Origin: Ruminococcus flavefaciens
GTDB lineage: Bacteria; Bacillota; Clostridia; Oscillospirales; Ruminococcaceae
DNA: 64,000 nucleotides
Direction: 5' to 3'
NCBI GenBank assembly: GCA_004554385.1
Contig: SFMO01000143.1
Location: forward strand, 7,051-71,050
Part shown: positions 28,489-37,296 of the stretch, one piece after another
Layout of the letters: each line of letters opens with the position of its first letter
Position numbering within the stretch: the stretch's first letter is position 1
Notes under the pieces: generated by a model
Seen by the model: the letters and a program-made list of their open reading frames with translations, nothing else
Databases searched by the model: none
What the model was told of the DNA's origin: nothing
Position numbers and translations under genes: made by a program

Positions 28489-29349
28489 ATGCATATAAAG
28501 GAAATTTTCGGTAAAAAGACCGTTTTTTCATTCGAGGTTTTCCCACCCAAGAAAACAAGTCCTGTTGAGGTCATTTACGATACTCTTGACGAGCTTCAGG
28601 GACTTTCCCCCGATTTCATCAGCGTTACTTTCGGTGCGGGCGGAAGCGGAAACAGCAGGTACGCTCTGGAGATAGCCTCAAAAATAAAGGAAAGCGGCAC
28701 TATCCCTATGCTCCATCTGCCATGTATCAATTTCACAAAGGCAGAGATCGACGCGGCTCTCAATGAGGCACAGGAGCGCGGTATCGAAAACATACTCGCC
28801 CTCAGAGGTGACATAAATCCAGATATTCCACCCGTGAACGACTTTCACCATGCCAGTGACCTTATCACATACATAAAGTCTAAGGGAGACTTCGATATTG
28901 CAGGTGCCTGCTATCCCGAGTGTCATCCTGACGCTGACAGCATGATCGAGGACATCAAGAACCTAAAAGCAAAGGTGGATGCAGGTGCAGATCACCTTAT
29001 CTCTCAGCTTTTCTTTGATAACGACAGCTTCTATGAGTTCCGTGAAAAGGCTGCTATCGCAGGCATAAACGTGCCAATTGAGGCAGGTATAATGCCTGTA
29101 GTAAACAAGAATCAGATCGAGCGCATGGTTACGACCTGCGGAGCAAGTCTTCCGCCAAAGTTCGTGCGCATTATGACAAGATACGAGCATAGTCCCGAGG
29201 CACTCCGTGATGCAGGCATAGCCTATGCGGTAAACCAGATAGTTGACCTTGTTGCCAGCGGAGTTGACGGTATCCACCTTTACACGATGAACAAGCCCTA
29301 CGTTGCACGTAAGATCTGCGAGGCAGTTTCGGGCATATTAGGCGCGTAA
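28489..29349 (+). CDS. metF: Methylenetetrahydrofolate reductase
   Basis: SFEVFPPK, SVTFGAGG, LALRGD, YPECHP, SQLFFD, HLYTMN. Confidence 0.96.
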   Translation: MHIKEIFGKKTVFSFEVFPPKKTSPVEVIYDTLDELQGLSPDFISVTFGAGGSGNSRYALEIASKIKESGTIPMLHLPCINFTKAEIDAALNEAQERGIENILALRGDINPDIPPVNDFHHASDLITYIKSKGDFDIAGACYPECHPDADSMIEDIKNLKAKVDAGADHLISQLFFDNDSFYEFREKAAIAGINVPIEAGIMPVVNKNQIERMVTTCGASLPPKFVRIMTRYEHSPEALRDAGIAYAVNQIVDLVASGVDGIHLYTMNKPYVARKICEAVSGILGA

Positions 29350-30017
29350 TGGAGCTTTCCAGGATTTCTAAGGAGGAAGCCGCGCGGTATATGGGCGTCA
29401 GGGGAGAGCCTGACGAAGCGGTCAAGGAGCTTCTTGACCGTGCGGAGCGTCTTGTGAGAGAAAAGGTGCGTCCCAAGTATGTGTATCTCGAGACAGATAT
29501 TACATTTGCGGAGGATGGGGTGCATCTGGGAGCTATGTCCGAGCCACTTACAGGCGAGGATATACGCCGTCATCTGAAGGGCTGCACCAAGGCAGTCATG
29601 CTGGCGGCAACCCTTTCTCAGGAGGCAGACAAGCTCATAAGGCAGGCTGCTGTGACGAATATGGCGGAATCCCTTGCCATAGACTGTATTTGCAGTGCTG
29701 CCATAGAGCAGGTATGTGATCGTGCAGAGGAGGAAATATTCTCCGAACATCCTGCGCCTTACAGGACATGGCGCTTCAGCGCAGGCTACGGAGACCTGCC
29801 AATCACATTGCAGAAAGACTTTCTGCTTGCCCTGAATGCTCAGAGGCGGATCGGTCTGACAGTGACCGAAAGCAGCCTGCTGATACCCTCAAAATCTGTC
29901 ACAGCTATAATCGGCATATCCGATTCCCCCATAAAGCGAGGCGGCAGAGGATGTGCTGTCTGCTCTATGAATGAGAGCTGTGAATTCAGACGAACGGGCA
30001 GGAGCTGTAGTCAATAA
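29349..30017 (+). CDS. Stand-alone B12-dependent methionine synthase activation domain
   Basis: RFSAGYGDLP, IGLTVTES.LLIP.KSVTAIIG, C-terminal CxxC..C..C; coupled to metF. Confidence 0.88.
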   Translation: MELSRISKEEAARYMGVRGEPDEAVKELLDRAERLVREKVRPKYVYLETDITFAEDGVHLGAMSEPLTGEDIRRHLKGCTKAVMLAATLSQEADKLIRQAAVTNMAESLAIDCICSAAIEQVCDRAEEEIFSEHPAPYRTWRFSAGYGDLPITLQKDFLLALNAQRRIGLTVTESSLLIPSKSVTAIIGISDSPIKRGGRGCAVCSMNESCEFRRTGRSCSQ

Positions 30018-30258
30018 AATTAATATATATCGTTGTTTTAGGCAGGTCATAAATAGTTCATATGTGATAAACTAACTATAATAGCCCACAAAATCTATGA
30101 AATATTGACATTGACATGAAGTGACCGAAAGTGTTATAATTAAGTAAAGAATAATCAAAATGTATTATTGGGAAACTTATCTCCAATTTGTTATCGGACA
30201 TTGCAGAGTATCTCCGATACGGATAAGTTTTGTTGGGCGATATTAAAGGAGTCAGATA

Positions 30259-31650
30259 ATGAAAAAGGCAAGATATTTTGTTTCGGCTATGCTGTTGACA
30301 GCAGTCTCAATGTCTTTTCTTGCATGCAGCAGTAAAAAGGATGACGGCTCTACATACAGCAAGGAGCTGGATTCTTCTGTAAGAGATGAGATCCGCCAGA
30401 ATGCCGTTGATTCAGAGCTTCTTACAGGTGATAAGCTTGAAAACGGTGTCATCAAGTGGCTTTCAGACTGGGATATCAACCCCGACGGTACAGGAAAAAA
30501 TGTCCCAACCGATCTTGCGGTCTTTCAGGAACGCTATGGCGGTGAAATAAAGTATTACAGATGTAAATACGAGGAGCGCTACGATATGCTCAGCAAGTAT
30601 ATCGCTTCAGGCGAGGGCATAGACTTCTTTTATGGAGGAAATCTCGATGCCTTCCCCAAGGGCGCTGTAAAGGATATGTTTACTCCCGTGGACGATTATA
30701 TCGATTTCGATTCGCCGCTGTGGGAGGACGTTAAAGAGCTTAATGACAGCTTTAAGTGGAACGATAAGCATTATATGGCAGGTGTTCAGTCTACAGGCGA
30801 CAAGACAGCTGTTGTTTACAACAGAAAGACTGTGGCAGAGGCAGGTCTCGATGATCCTGCTGACCTCTTCGCAAGAGGGGAATGGGACTGGGACGCTTTC
30901 GAGAATATGCTGGAAAAATACGTTGATAACAGCAATCAGAAGTACGGAATAGACGGCTGGTGGTTCGAGTATGGACTTATGAATACCATCGGTATGCCTC
31001 CTGTAAGCATGGAAAACGGAAAGCTTGTGAGCAATCTCAGCGATCCTTCTATGGAACGTGTCCAGAACTGGCTTTATGATCTCTATCAGAAGGGCTATAT
31101 CGCCATCGGCGGTGAGGACCTTGGCTGGGACAGCAAGCCTGCTTATATCGGCGAGGGCAAGGAGCTCTTCTATCCCGTAGGATTGTATGAATTCTATAAG
31201 GAAAAGTCGCAGTGGTCTTCCACATATGGCGCGGACGCATTCTTTGTGCCAATGCCAAAGGATCCGAAGGCTGATGAGTATTATATCCCCACAGGTTTTG
31301 AGTCGTATCTGTTTGTAAGCGGCGGTTCAAACCCTCAGGGCGTTGCAAAGTATCTCGACTGCAAGAGGTTCACTCTTCTTGACGAGGAAACCAGAGCCGT
31401 TGCGGATAAGCAGTTTATCGATGACTATGGCTGGACTCAGGAGATGATCGATATGAAGAACAGTATGCAGGAGCTTGCTGAGGCTAATCCTGTTATAGAT
31501 ATATCAAACGGCGTTTCCGAGGACTGCGGTGAGCTTCTTGACAGCAGTCTCAGACTTTCAGCAAGAGGTACTCCGTGGAACGAGACCTATGAAGCGATCT
31601 ATGCTACAGTGGATAAGTATCTTGATAAAATAAACTCCGAGGCAGAATGA
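30259..31650 (+). CDS. Extracellular solute-binding lipoprotein (carbohydrate ABC family), orphan
   Basis: Lipobox FLAC; YNRK...GLDDP..L...GEWDW, FVPMPK; promoter TTGACA-18-TATAAT at 30111-30140. Confidence 0.85.
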   Translation: MKKARYFVSAMLLTAVSMSFLACSSKKDDGSTYSKELDSSVRDEIRQNAVDSELLTGDKLENGVIKWLSDWDINPDGTGKNVPTDLAVFQERYGGEIKYYRCKYEERYDMLSKYIASGEGIDFFYGGNLDAFPKGAVKDMFTPVDDYIDFDSPLWEDVKELNDSFKWNDKHYMAGVQSTGDKTAVVYNRKTVAEAGLDDPADLFARGEWDWDAFENMLEKYVDNSNQKYGIDGWWFEYGLMNTIGMPPVSMENGKLVSNLSDPSMERVQNWLYDLYQKGYIAIGGEDLGWDSKPAYIGEGKELFYPVGLYEFYKEKSQWSSTYGADAFFVPMPKDPKADEYYIPTGFESYLFVSGGSNPQGVAKYLDCKRFTLLDEETRAVADKQFIDDYGWTQEMIDMKNSMQELAEANPVIDISNGVSEDCGELLDSSLRLSARGTPWNETYEAIYATVDKYLDKINSEAE

Positions 31651-31762
31651 TAATATTTTCTATGCCTTCGCGGAGTGTCGATATTCAGATATTACAAAGG
31701 AAATAATATAATAAACACACATATATAGAATTTGATTTTGGCTCTTTTTTGGAAAGGAGGCT

Positions 31763-32728
31763 ATGATCATGGAGAAAGTACTTGTTACAGGAGGATGCGG
31801 TCTTATAGGTCAGCATATCTGCTCAGGACTTCTGAAAAAGGGCTATGAGGTCATAGCTGTTGACAGAGAGGAATGCGGATATAACGAGGGTAAGCTTCAT
31901 TATTCATCAGTCCAGTGCGAACCAACAGATAAAAACACTATTGCAGAGCTTTTTGAGAAGCATGATTTCTATGCGGTGGTACACGCTGCATGTACCGTTG
32001 ATAATGACATGGGACCGATAGTTACCGAAAAGCAGATCAAGGATTCTGCTGCGGTAGATAAGTTCATTTATCGCTATGCCATGACATCGACTGCCAAGAA
32101 GGTAATCCTTCTCAGCACAGATCAGGTATATCAGTTCCCAAAAACTCGAGAGCCTATCCGTGAGGATAATGATCTTAAACCGACAACAAACTACGCAGTT
32201 ATGAAGTATGCCTCGGAAAAGGCTATCGTAAGCGAAATGCAGCACCATAGCAAAGAGGATATCATCTGCTGTGTTATCCGTTTTCCTGCGGTTTATACCT
32301 TTAATTTTACGGATAATCTTACTTCAAAAATAATCGACCCAAGAGACGGAACGAATTTCGTCTTCGGTCAGGGACAGTACGGCTTCCAGCTGTGCTGCGT
32401 ACATAATCTGGTGGACTTTATCCTGTGCTTCATTAAGAATGCGGATAATCAAACCTACGCAGGAATCTATAATGTTGGTGACAAGCTTCTCACAACAGCA
32501 GCCGATATTATCGGCTTTATGAGAGAGCATCACCGCCTCGGTGCTGTAATGCAGAAGCAGCCCACAGGAGCTATTACAAAGCTCAAAGGCCTCTTCGGCA
32601 CAAACAAGGAGGAAAAGCAGAATTATCGTTATCTTGACCTTAACAGGATAGAGAACAACAATATGCTTGATAAGACAAAAGCTTCCAAGCTTGTTACATT
32701 CCGCTGGGATTTACACAATACCAAGTAA
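31763..32728 (+). CDS. NAD-dependent epimerase/dehydratase (extended SDR)
   Basis: VLVTGGCGLIG, VVHAA, YAVMK (YxxxK), YNVG. Confidence 0.88.
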   Translation: MIMEKVLVTGGCGLIGQHICSGLLKKGYEVIAVDREECGYNEGKLHYSSVQCEPTDKNTIAELFEKHDFYAVVHAACTVDNDMGPIVTEKQIKDSAAVDKFIYRYAMTSTAKKVILLSTDQVYQFPKTREPIREDNDLKPTTNYAVMKYASEKAIVSEMQHHSKEDIICCVIRFPAVYTFNFTDNLTSKIIDPRDGTNFVFGQGQYGFQLCCVHNLVDFILCFIKNADNQTYAGIYNVGDKLLTTAADIIGFMREHHRLGAVMQKQPTGAITKLKGLFGTNKEEKQNYRYLDLNRIENNNMLDKTKASKLVTFRWDLHNTK

Positions 32729-32730
32729 CA

Positions 32731-32759
32731 AAAAGGCTGTACCGCAGGGTACAGCCTTT
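32731..32759. terminator. Bidirectional terminator
   Basis: aaaggctgtacc-gcag-ggtacagccttt. Confidence 0.85.
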
Positions 32760-32762
32760 CTT

Positions 32763-33005
32763 TTATTCAATAACAGTGTAGTTATCCGCAGCATTTTCCT
32801 TTGTGGCATGCTCGGTAACGCTGAGCACCTTGACCTTAAGAGGACGTGTGCCCATATTTATTTCGATTATATCGCCCACCTTAACGTCGTAGGAGGCTCT
32901 TGCAGCCTTGCCGTTTACGACTATCTTCTCGGCGTCGCAGGCTTCGTTGGCAACGGTGCGGCGCTTGATAAGGCGTGTGACCTTGAGGTATTTGTCCAGT
33001 CTCAT
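32763..33005 (-). CDS. yabO: S4-domain RNA-binding protein (YabO/RqcP)
   Basis: MRLDKYLKVTRLIKRRTVANEAC; mazG-hup-yabO synteny. Confidence 0.92.
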   Translation of the reverse strand: MRLDKYLKVTRLIKRRTVANEACDAEKIVVNGKAARASYDVKVGDIIEINMGTRPLKVKVLSVTEHATKENAADNYTVIE

Positions 33006-33083
33006 ATTATCTCCCTTTCTGCAAAATCAAATATGCTTATTTAATATCAGGCTTTCTGCTCGTATTTATGGGCAGATACTAAT

Positions 33084-33109
33084 AAAGGGGACAGTGAACT
33101 GTCCCCTTT
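33084..33109 (-). terminator. Terminator after the HU gene
   Basis: aaaggggacag-tgaa-ctgtccccttt. Confidence 0.8.
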
Positions 33110-33113
33110 GCGA

Positions 33114-33389
33114 TTACTTGTTAACAGCGTCCTTAAGACCTCTGCCTGCCTTGAATGCAGGTGCCTTGCAGGGAGGGCAGACCATCTTTGCCTTTGTCTT
33201 AGGGTTGATGCAGGTCTTTTCGCCTCTCTCGCGAACCTCAAAAGTACCGAAGCCTGTGATGGAAACCTTCTCGCCGCTCTCAAGAGCGCCCTGGATAGCT
33301 GAAAGTGTAGCTTCAAGAGCTGAAGCAGCGTCCTTCTTAGTACAGCTTGCCTTATCTGCGATAGAGTTGATAAGTTCAGTCTTAGTCAT
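33114..33389 (-). CDS. hup: HU DNA-binding protein
   Basis: MTKTELI...GFGTFEVRER...NP...PAFKAG. Confidence 0.95.
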   Translation of the reverse strand: MTKTELINSIADKASCTKKDAASALEATLSAIQGALESGEKVSITGFGTFEVRERGEKTCINPKTKAKMVCPPCKAPAFKAGRGLKDAVNK

Positions 33390-34206
33390 TTTTCTGTTCC
33401 TCCATTTTACTAATAATTGATTTTGCCTTGTCCCAATAAATGTCGAGCTCTTCAATAGGAAGATTTTTCATATCGAGTTTTTCCTTGGAGACCAGCTCTT
33501 CTGTAACAGAAAAGCGCTTTATAAACTTTTCTGTAGCGGCTTTGAGTGCCAATTCTGCGTCAACGCCTAAGTGACGTGCAGCGTTTACGCATGAAAACAA
33601 CAGATCGCCCATTTCTTCTTCGATATCAGCTTTATTGCCGCTTATCACGGCAGCGTCAAGCTCAGCCTTTTCGTCATTTATGCAGGCTACAGCGTCCTCT
33701 GCACAGCGGAAATCCATTCCTGCGCGCATTGCTCTTTTTCCCACCTTCTGAGCTCGCATAAGAGCAGGCAGTGACTTGGCAACACTTGTGAGAGTGTCAG
33801 TATAACGTTCCTGACCCTTTGTTTCCATTTTGATGGCGTCCCAGTTTTTAAGCACCTGATCGGTGGTATCGGCTGTGACGTCTCCGAAAACGTGGGGATG
33901 ACGTATAATGAGCTTTTTGCACACCTCATCGCAGACGTCGTCGAACCTGAATGAGTTCTGTTCCTCCTCGATCCTGCAATGGAAAACGACCTGAAGCAGA
34001 ACGTCGCCAAGCTCTTCGCGGAGAAGTGCAGGATCCTCGAGATCGATAGCCTCGATGACCTCACAGGTCTCTTCGATGAGATCGCTTTTGATGGACTTAT
34101 GTGTCTGCTCTCTGTCCCATGGACAGCCGCCCTCACCTCTGAGAAGCCGGACGATGTCGAGCAGATCATTGATAGAATAATGGTCTTTCTGCTGGTATTC
34201 AACCAT
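33382..34206 (-). CDS. mazG: Nucleoside triphosphate pyrophosphohydrolase MazG (YabN C-terminal type)
   Basis: GCPWDREQTH, EELGDVLLQVVFH, RHPHVF, EEMGDLLF. Confidence 0.95.
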   Translation of the reverse strand: MVEYQQKDHYSINDLLDIVRLLRGEGGCPWDREQTHKSIKSDLIEETCEVIEAIDLEDPALLREELGDVLLQVVFHCRIEEEQNSFRFDDVCDEVCKKLIIRHPHVFGDVTADTTDQVLKNWDAIKMETKGQERYTDTLTSVAKSLPALMRAQKVGKRAMRAGMDFRCAEDAVACINDEKAELDAAVISGNKADIEEEMGDLLFSCVNAARHLGVDAELALKAATEKFIKRFSVTEELVSKEKLDMKNLPIEELDIYWDKAKSIISKMEEQKND

Positions 34207-34394
34207 AGGAAAACACTCCCTTAAAGACGGGCTATGTTATATAATACCCTAAATTTTTCTAAATTGCAACCTATTTTTTACAAGTTTGTTAATTTCGTAG
34301 AATAAAATCCTTTGCTTAGTCGCTGTTTGTATATTTTTGCTATATAATTACTCTCTGTTATAAAAAGCAAACGGAGAAATATACAGTTTCGGCT

Positions 34395-35390
34395 TTATCT
34401 GTCCACAAATCCGACCTTGTGGAATACCTTTGAAACGATCCTTCCTGAGTATCTGAGAGCCTTCTGAGCGCCCTCTGTGTAGCACTGCTTGAGGTAAGCC
34501 TTGTCAGCGCTGAGTCTTGCAAACTCTGTGCGGATCGGTTCAAGGTGATCGGCAACAGCCTCGCCTACAGCAAGCTTGAAGTCGCCGTAGCCCTTGCCTG
34601 CGAATTCAGCCTCGATAGCCTTGAAGTCCTTGCCTGTTACGCAGGAATAGATAGACATAAGGTTGTTGATGCCGTCCTTGCCCTCGCGGAAGCATACCTC
34701 AGCCTCGCTGTCGGTGACAGCTCTCTTGAATTTGCGGATGATAGTATCCTTGTCATCGAGGATAAGGATACAAGCATTGGGATTTTCGTCAGATTTTGAC
34801 ATCTTCTTTGTGGGATCCTGGAGGGACATGATCTTTGCGCCCACATCGAGTATATACGGCTCGGGCAGTGTGAAGAAGTCGCCATAGCGCTGATTGAAGC
34901 GCTGGGCGATATTTCTCGAAAGCTCGAGGTGCTGTTTCTGGTCAACGCCTACGGGTACAAGGTCTGCATTATAAGCGAGGATATCCGCAGCCATGAGGGA
35001 GGGATATGTGAAAAGACCTGCATTCACGTCGTCGGGGTGCTTCTGGCTCTTGTCCTTGAACTGAGTCATACGTGAGAGCTCGCCGAACTGAGTATTGCAG
35101 CAGAGCACCCAGTTGAGCATAGGGTGAGTCTCTGCATGGCTCTGAATGAAGAGTATGGACTTCTCGGGATCGATGCCGCATGCCATGAGCAGGGCGTATG
35201 AATTCAGAGTGTTCTGTCTCAGCTTTGCAGGCTCCTGCTTTACTGTGATAGCATGCATATCTGCGACGCAGTAGATACAGTTGAACTTATCCTGCAGCGG
35301 AGCCCAGTTGCGAACAGCGCCGATGTAGTTTCCGAGAGTAAATGTGCCTGTAGGCTGGATTGCGCTGAATATCAGCTTTTTATCGTCCAT
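34395..35390 (-). CDS. trpS: Tryptophanyl-tRNA synthetase
   Basis: QPTG..TLGNYIG, YPSLMAADIL, VPVG.DQKQH, KMSKS. Confidence 0.98.
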   Translation of the reverse strand: MDDKKLIFSAIQPTGTFTLGNYIGAVRNWAPLQDKFNCIYCVADMHAITVKQEPAKLRQNTLNSYALLMACGIDPEKSILFIQSHAETHPMLNWVLCCNTQFGELSRMTQFKDKSQKHPDDVNAGLFTYPSLMAADILAYNADLVPVGVDQKQHLELSRNIAQRFNQRYGDFFTLPEPYILDVGAKIMSLQDPTKKMSKSDENPNACILILDDKDTIIRKFKRAVTDSEAEVCFREGKDGINNLMSIYSCVTGKDFKAIEAEFAGKGYGDFKLAVGEAVADHLEPIRTEFARLSADKAYLKQCYTEGAQKALRYSGRIVSKVFHKVGFVDR

Positions 35391-35401
35391 TGCGGTACTC
35401 C

Positions 35402-35935
35402 TTACTTATTCTGAGCGTTCTTTCTTGCCTCAGCCTCATCTTTGAGCTGACAGCTTCTGATCTCGCTGAGAACGCGCTGATAGAGCACATAGAATGTACG
35501 GAGCTCCTGCTCCTCCTCAGGGATAAGACCAGCCTTTATCTCAGTCTTGTAAACTCCGCCCTTTGTGAGGATGAAGATGTTGTTTGTTCTGCCCTTAGGA
35601 AGGTCATACTGCTTTGTCTTCTGACATTTTGGAAGGAGCTGACCTGCGTTTGCAACGAGAGTGTGAGCAGCCTGAACGAGATTTCTGTACTTCTGAGAAG
35701 CGCCTGTGTATTCGCCGCCGTTGTTGAAGTATATATTAGCAGCTCCGTTGATGAAGCAAACCATAGTTGTAAGAACATCTGATGACATAGGGATGTCGAT
35801 AACAACTCCGAAGACTTCGTTTCTCTTCATCTTAGCGAAGTTGCTGAAGTACTGAGCAGGGAAGTTGATAGCCTGTCCTCTTGTCATAAGGTATTTCTGT
35901 GTGACATTATATCTGTCGGTCATTCTGTTTGGCAT
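35402..35935 (-). CDS. Hypothetical protein
   Basis: 177-aa ORF with RBS AAAGGA and host-like biased codon usage, in an operon between the aminotransferase and trpS. Confidence 0.8.
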   Translation of the reverse strand: MPNRMTDRYNVTQKYLMTRGQAINFPAQYFSNFAKMKRNEVFGVVIDIPMSSDVLTTMVCFINGAANIYFNNGGEYTGASQKYRNLVQAAHTLVANAGQLLPKCQKTKQYDLPKGRTNNIFILTKGGVYKTEIKAGLIPEEEQELRTFYVLYQRVLSEIRSCQLKDEAEARKNAQNK

Positions 35936-35966
35936 AATGGATTATCCTTTCAAAAGTTTTTTATTC

Positions 35967-37160
35967 TCAATCGAGCATTTCTCTTGTCATTCGGGCAAGT
36001 ATCTCCATGCCCTTCTTTATCTGCTCGTTTGTAGGTGTAGAGTAATTGAGTCTGAACGAATGGCTTACCTCGTTCTCATCGATGCTGAACGAATTTCCGG
36101 GTACTACAGCTATCTTGTACTGCTGTACAGCCTTTTTGCAGAATTCGTTCATATCGCAGTTCTCGGGGAGGTCGCACCATACGAAGAGACCACCCTGAGG
36201 CTTGGTGTAATTGATCTTCTTAGAGAACTCATTGTCGATGTATCCGCACATAAGGTCGCATTTTTCTTTGTATATAGCGCGGAGCTTCTTGAAATGAGCC
36301 TCTCTGTCAACAGTTGACATGAATCTGTGGGAAACTACCTGTGCCCACATATTTGAGTGAACGTCGGAAACCTGCTTGCACACCACCATTTTCTGGATGA
36401 TCGGAGCAGGAGCGGAACAATAGCCTGTTCTGAAGCCTGATGAGATTATCTTTGAGAATGTGCTTGAGTAGATGACTCTGCCCTCGGTATCGAAGCTCTT
36501 TATACAGGGAACGTTCTCGCCTGCAAAGCGAAGCTCGCCGTATGGGTCGTCCTCTAAGATAATGAAGTCATACTTGCATGCGAGCTCATAAACAGCCTTG
36601 CGCTTTGCAAGTGACATTGTCTTTCCTGTAGGATTCTGGAAATTCGGTATAACATAGAGAAGCTTGACGTTCTTTTCTGTTTTGAGAGCATTTTCAAGCT
36701 TTTCGATGTTGATGCCGTCCTCGTCCATGTCAACTCCCTTGAGGTTGACGTTGTATGAACGGAAAGCGTTCAGTGAGCCGATAAAGCATGGCGACTCGCA
36801 GAGGAGAGTATCTCCCTCATTGAGGAGCACCTTGCATGAGAGCTCGTTAGCCTGCTGGCCGCCCGAAGTTATGATAAGGTCATCAAATTCCTTATGGAAG
36901 CAGCCTTTTTCTGTCATCCAGCCCTTTAAATAGTCGCGGAGAGGAGTATATCCCTCTGTCACGCTGTACTGCAAAGCGAGGATAGGATCATCTCTGAGGA
37001 GCTCTGCTGATATTTCAGCGATACGCTCTTTAGGGAAGGCTTCTGGAGCGGGATTGCCTGCTGCGAAGGAGATTACTTCCGGGTCAGCAGTGAATTTCAG
37101 TATCTCTCTAATGGCAGAAGCATGGAGCTTGCTTACCTTGTCTGAGAATTTATAATTCAT
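35967..37160 (-). CDS. PLP-dependent aminotransferase class I/II (LysN/aromatic-type)
   Basis: ISFAAGNP, NFQNPTG, EDDPYG, TFSKI..GFR.G, RLNYS. Confidence 0.93.
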   Translation of the reverse strand: MNYKFSDKVSKLHASAIREILKFTADPEVISFAAGNPAPEAFPKERIAEISAELLRDDPILALQYSVTEGYTPLRDYLKGWMTEKGCFHKEFDDLIITSGGQQANELSCKVLLNEGDTLLCESPCFIGSLNAFRSYNVNLKGVDMDEDGINIEKLENALKTEKNVKLLYVIPNFQNPTGKTMSLAKRKAVYELACKYDFIILEDDPYGELRFAGENVPCIKSFDTEGRVIYSSTFSKIISSGFRTGYCSAPAPIIQKMVVCKQVSDVHSNMWAQVVSHRFMSTVDREAHFKKLRAIYKEKCDLMCGYIDNEFSKKINYTKPQGGLFVWCDLPENCDMNEFCKKAVQQYKIAVVPGNSFSIDENEVSHSFRLNYSTPTNEQIKKGMEILARMTREMLD

Positions 37161-37296
37161 GATAAAAACCAGCCTTTCGTGATAACTATAGTAAGACTAT
37201 CTTACTTATTATAACACATATTTCTGAATTCTGCAACATATATTTTTGTGAAAAAGTGATTTTTCCATACATTATGTCAAATCGGAGGCGGTCTGG

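Noticed and set aside
33382..34206. MazG, or the Abi-like gene at 5796-6959, as anti-phage defence
   Set aside because: mazG sits in the conserved housekeeping mazG-hup-yabO context; the CPBP gene has no defence-island context.
35391..35940. Expected T-box leader for trpS
   Set aside because: trpS starts 11 bp after an upstream CDS, and no T-box motif was seen.
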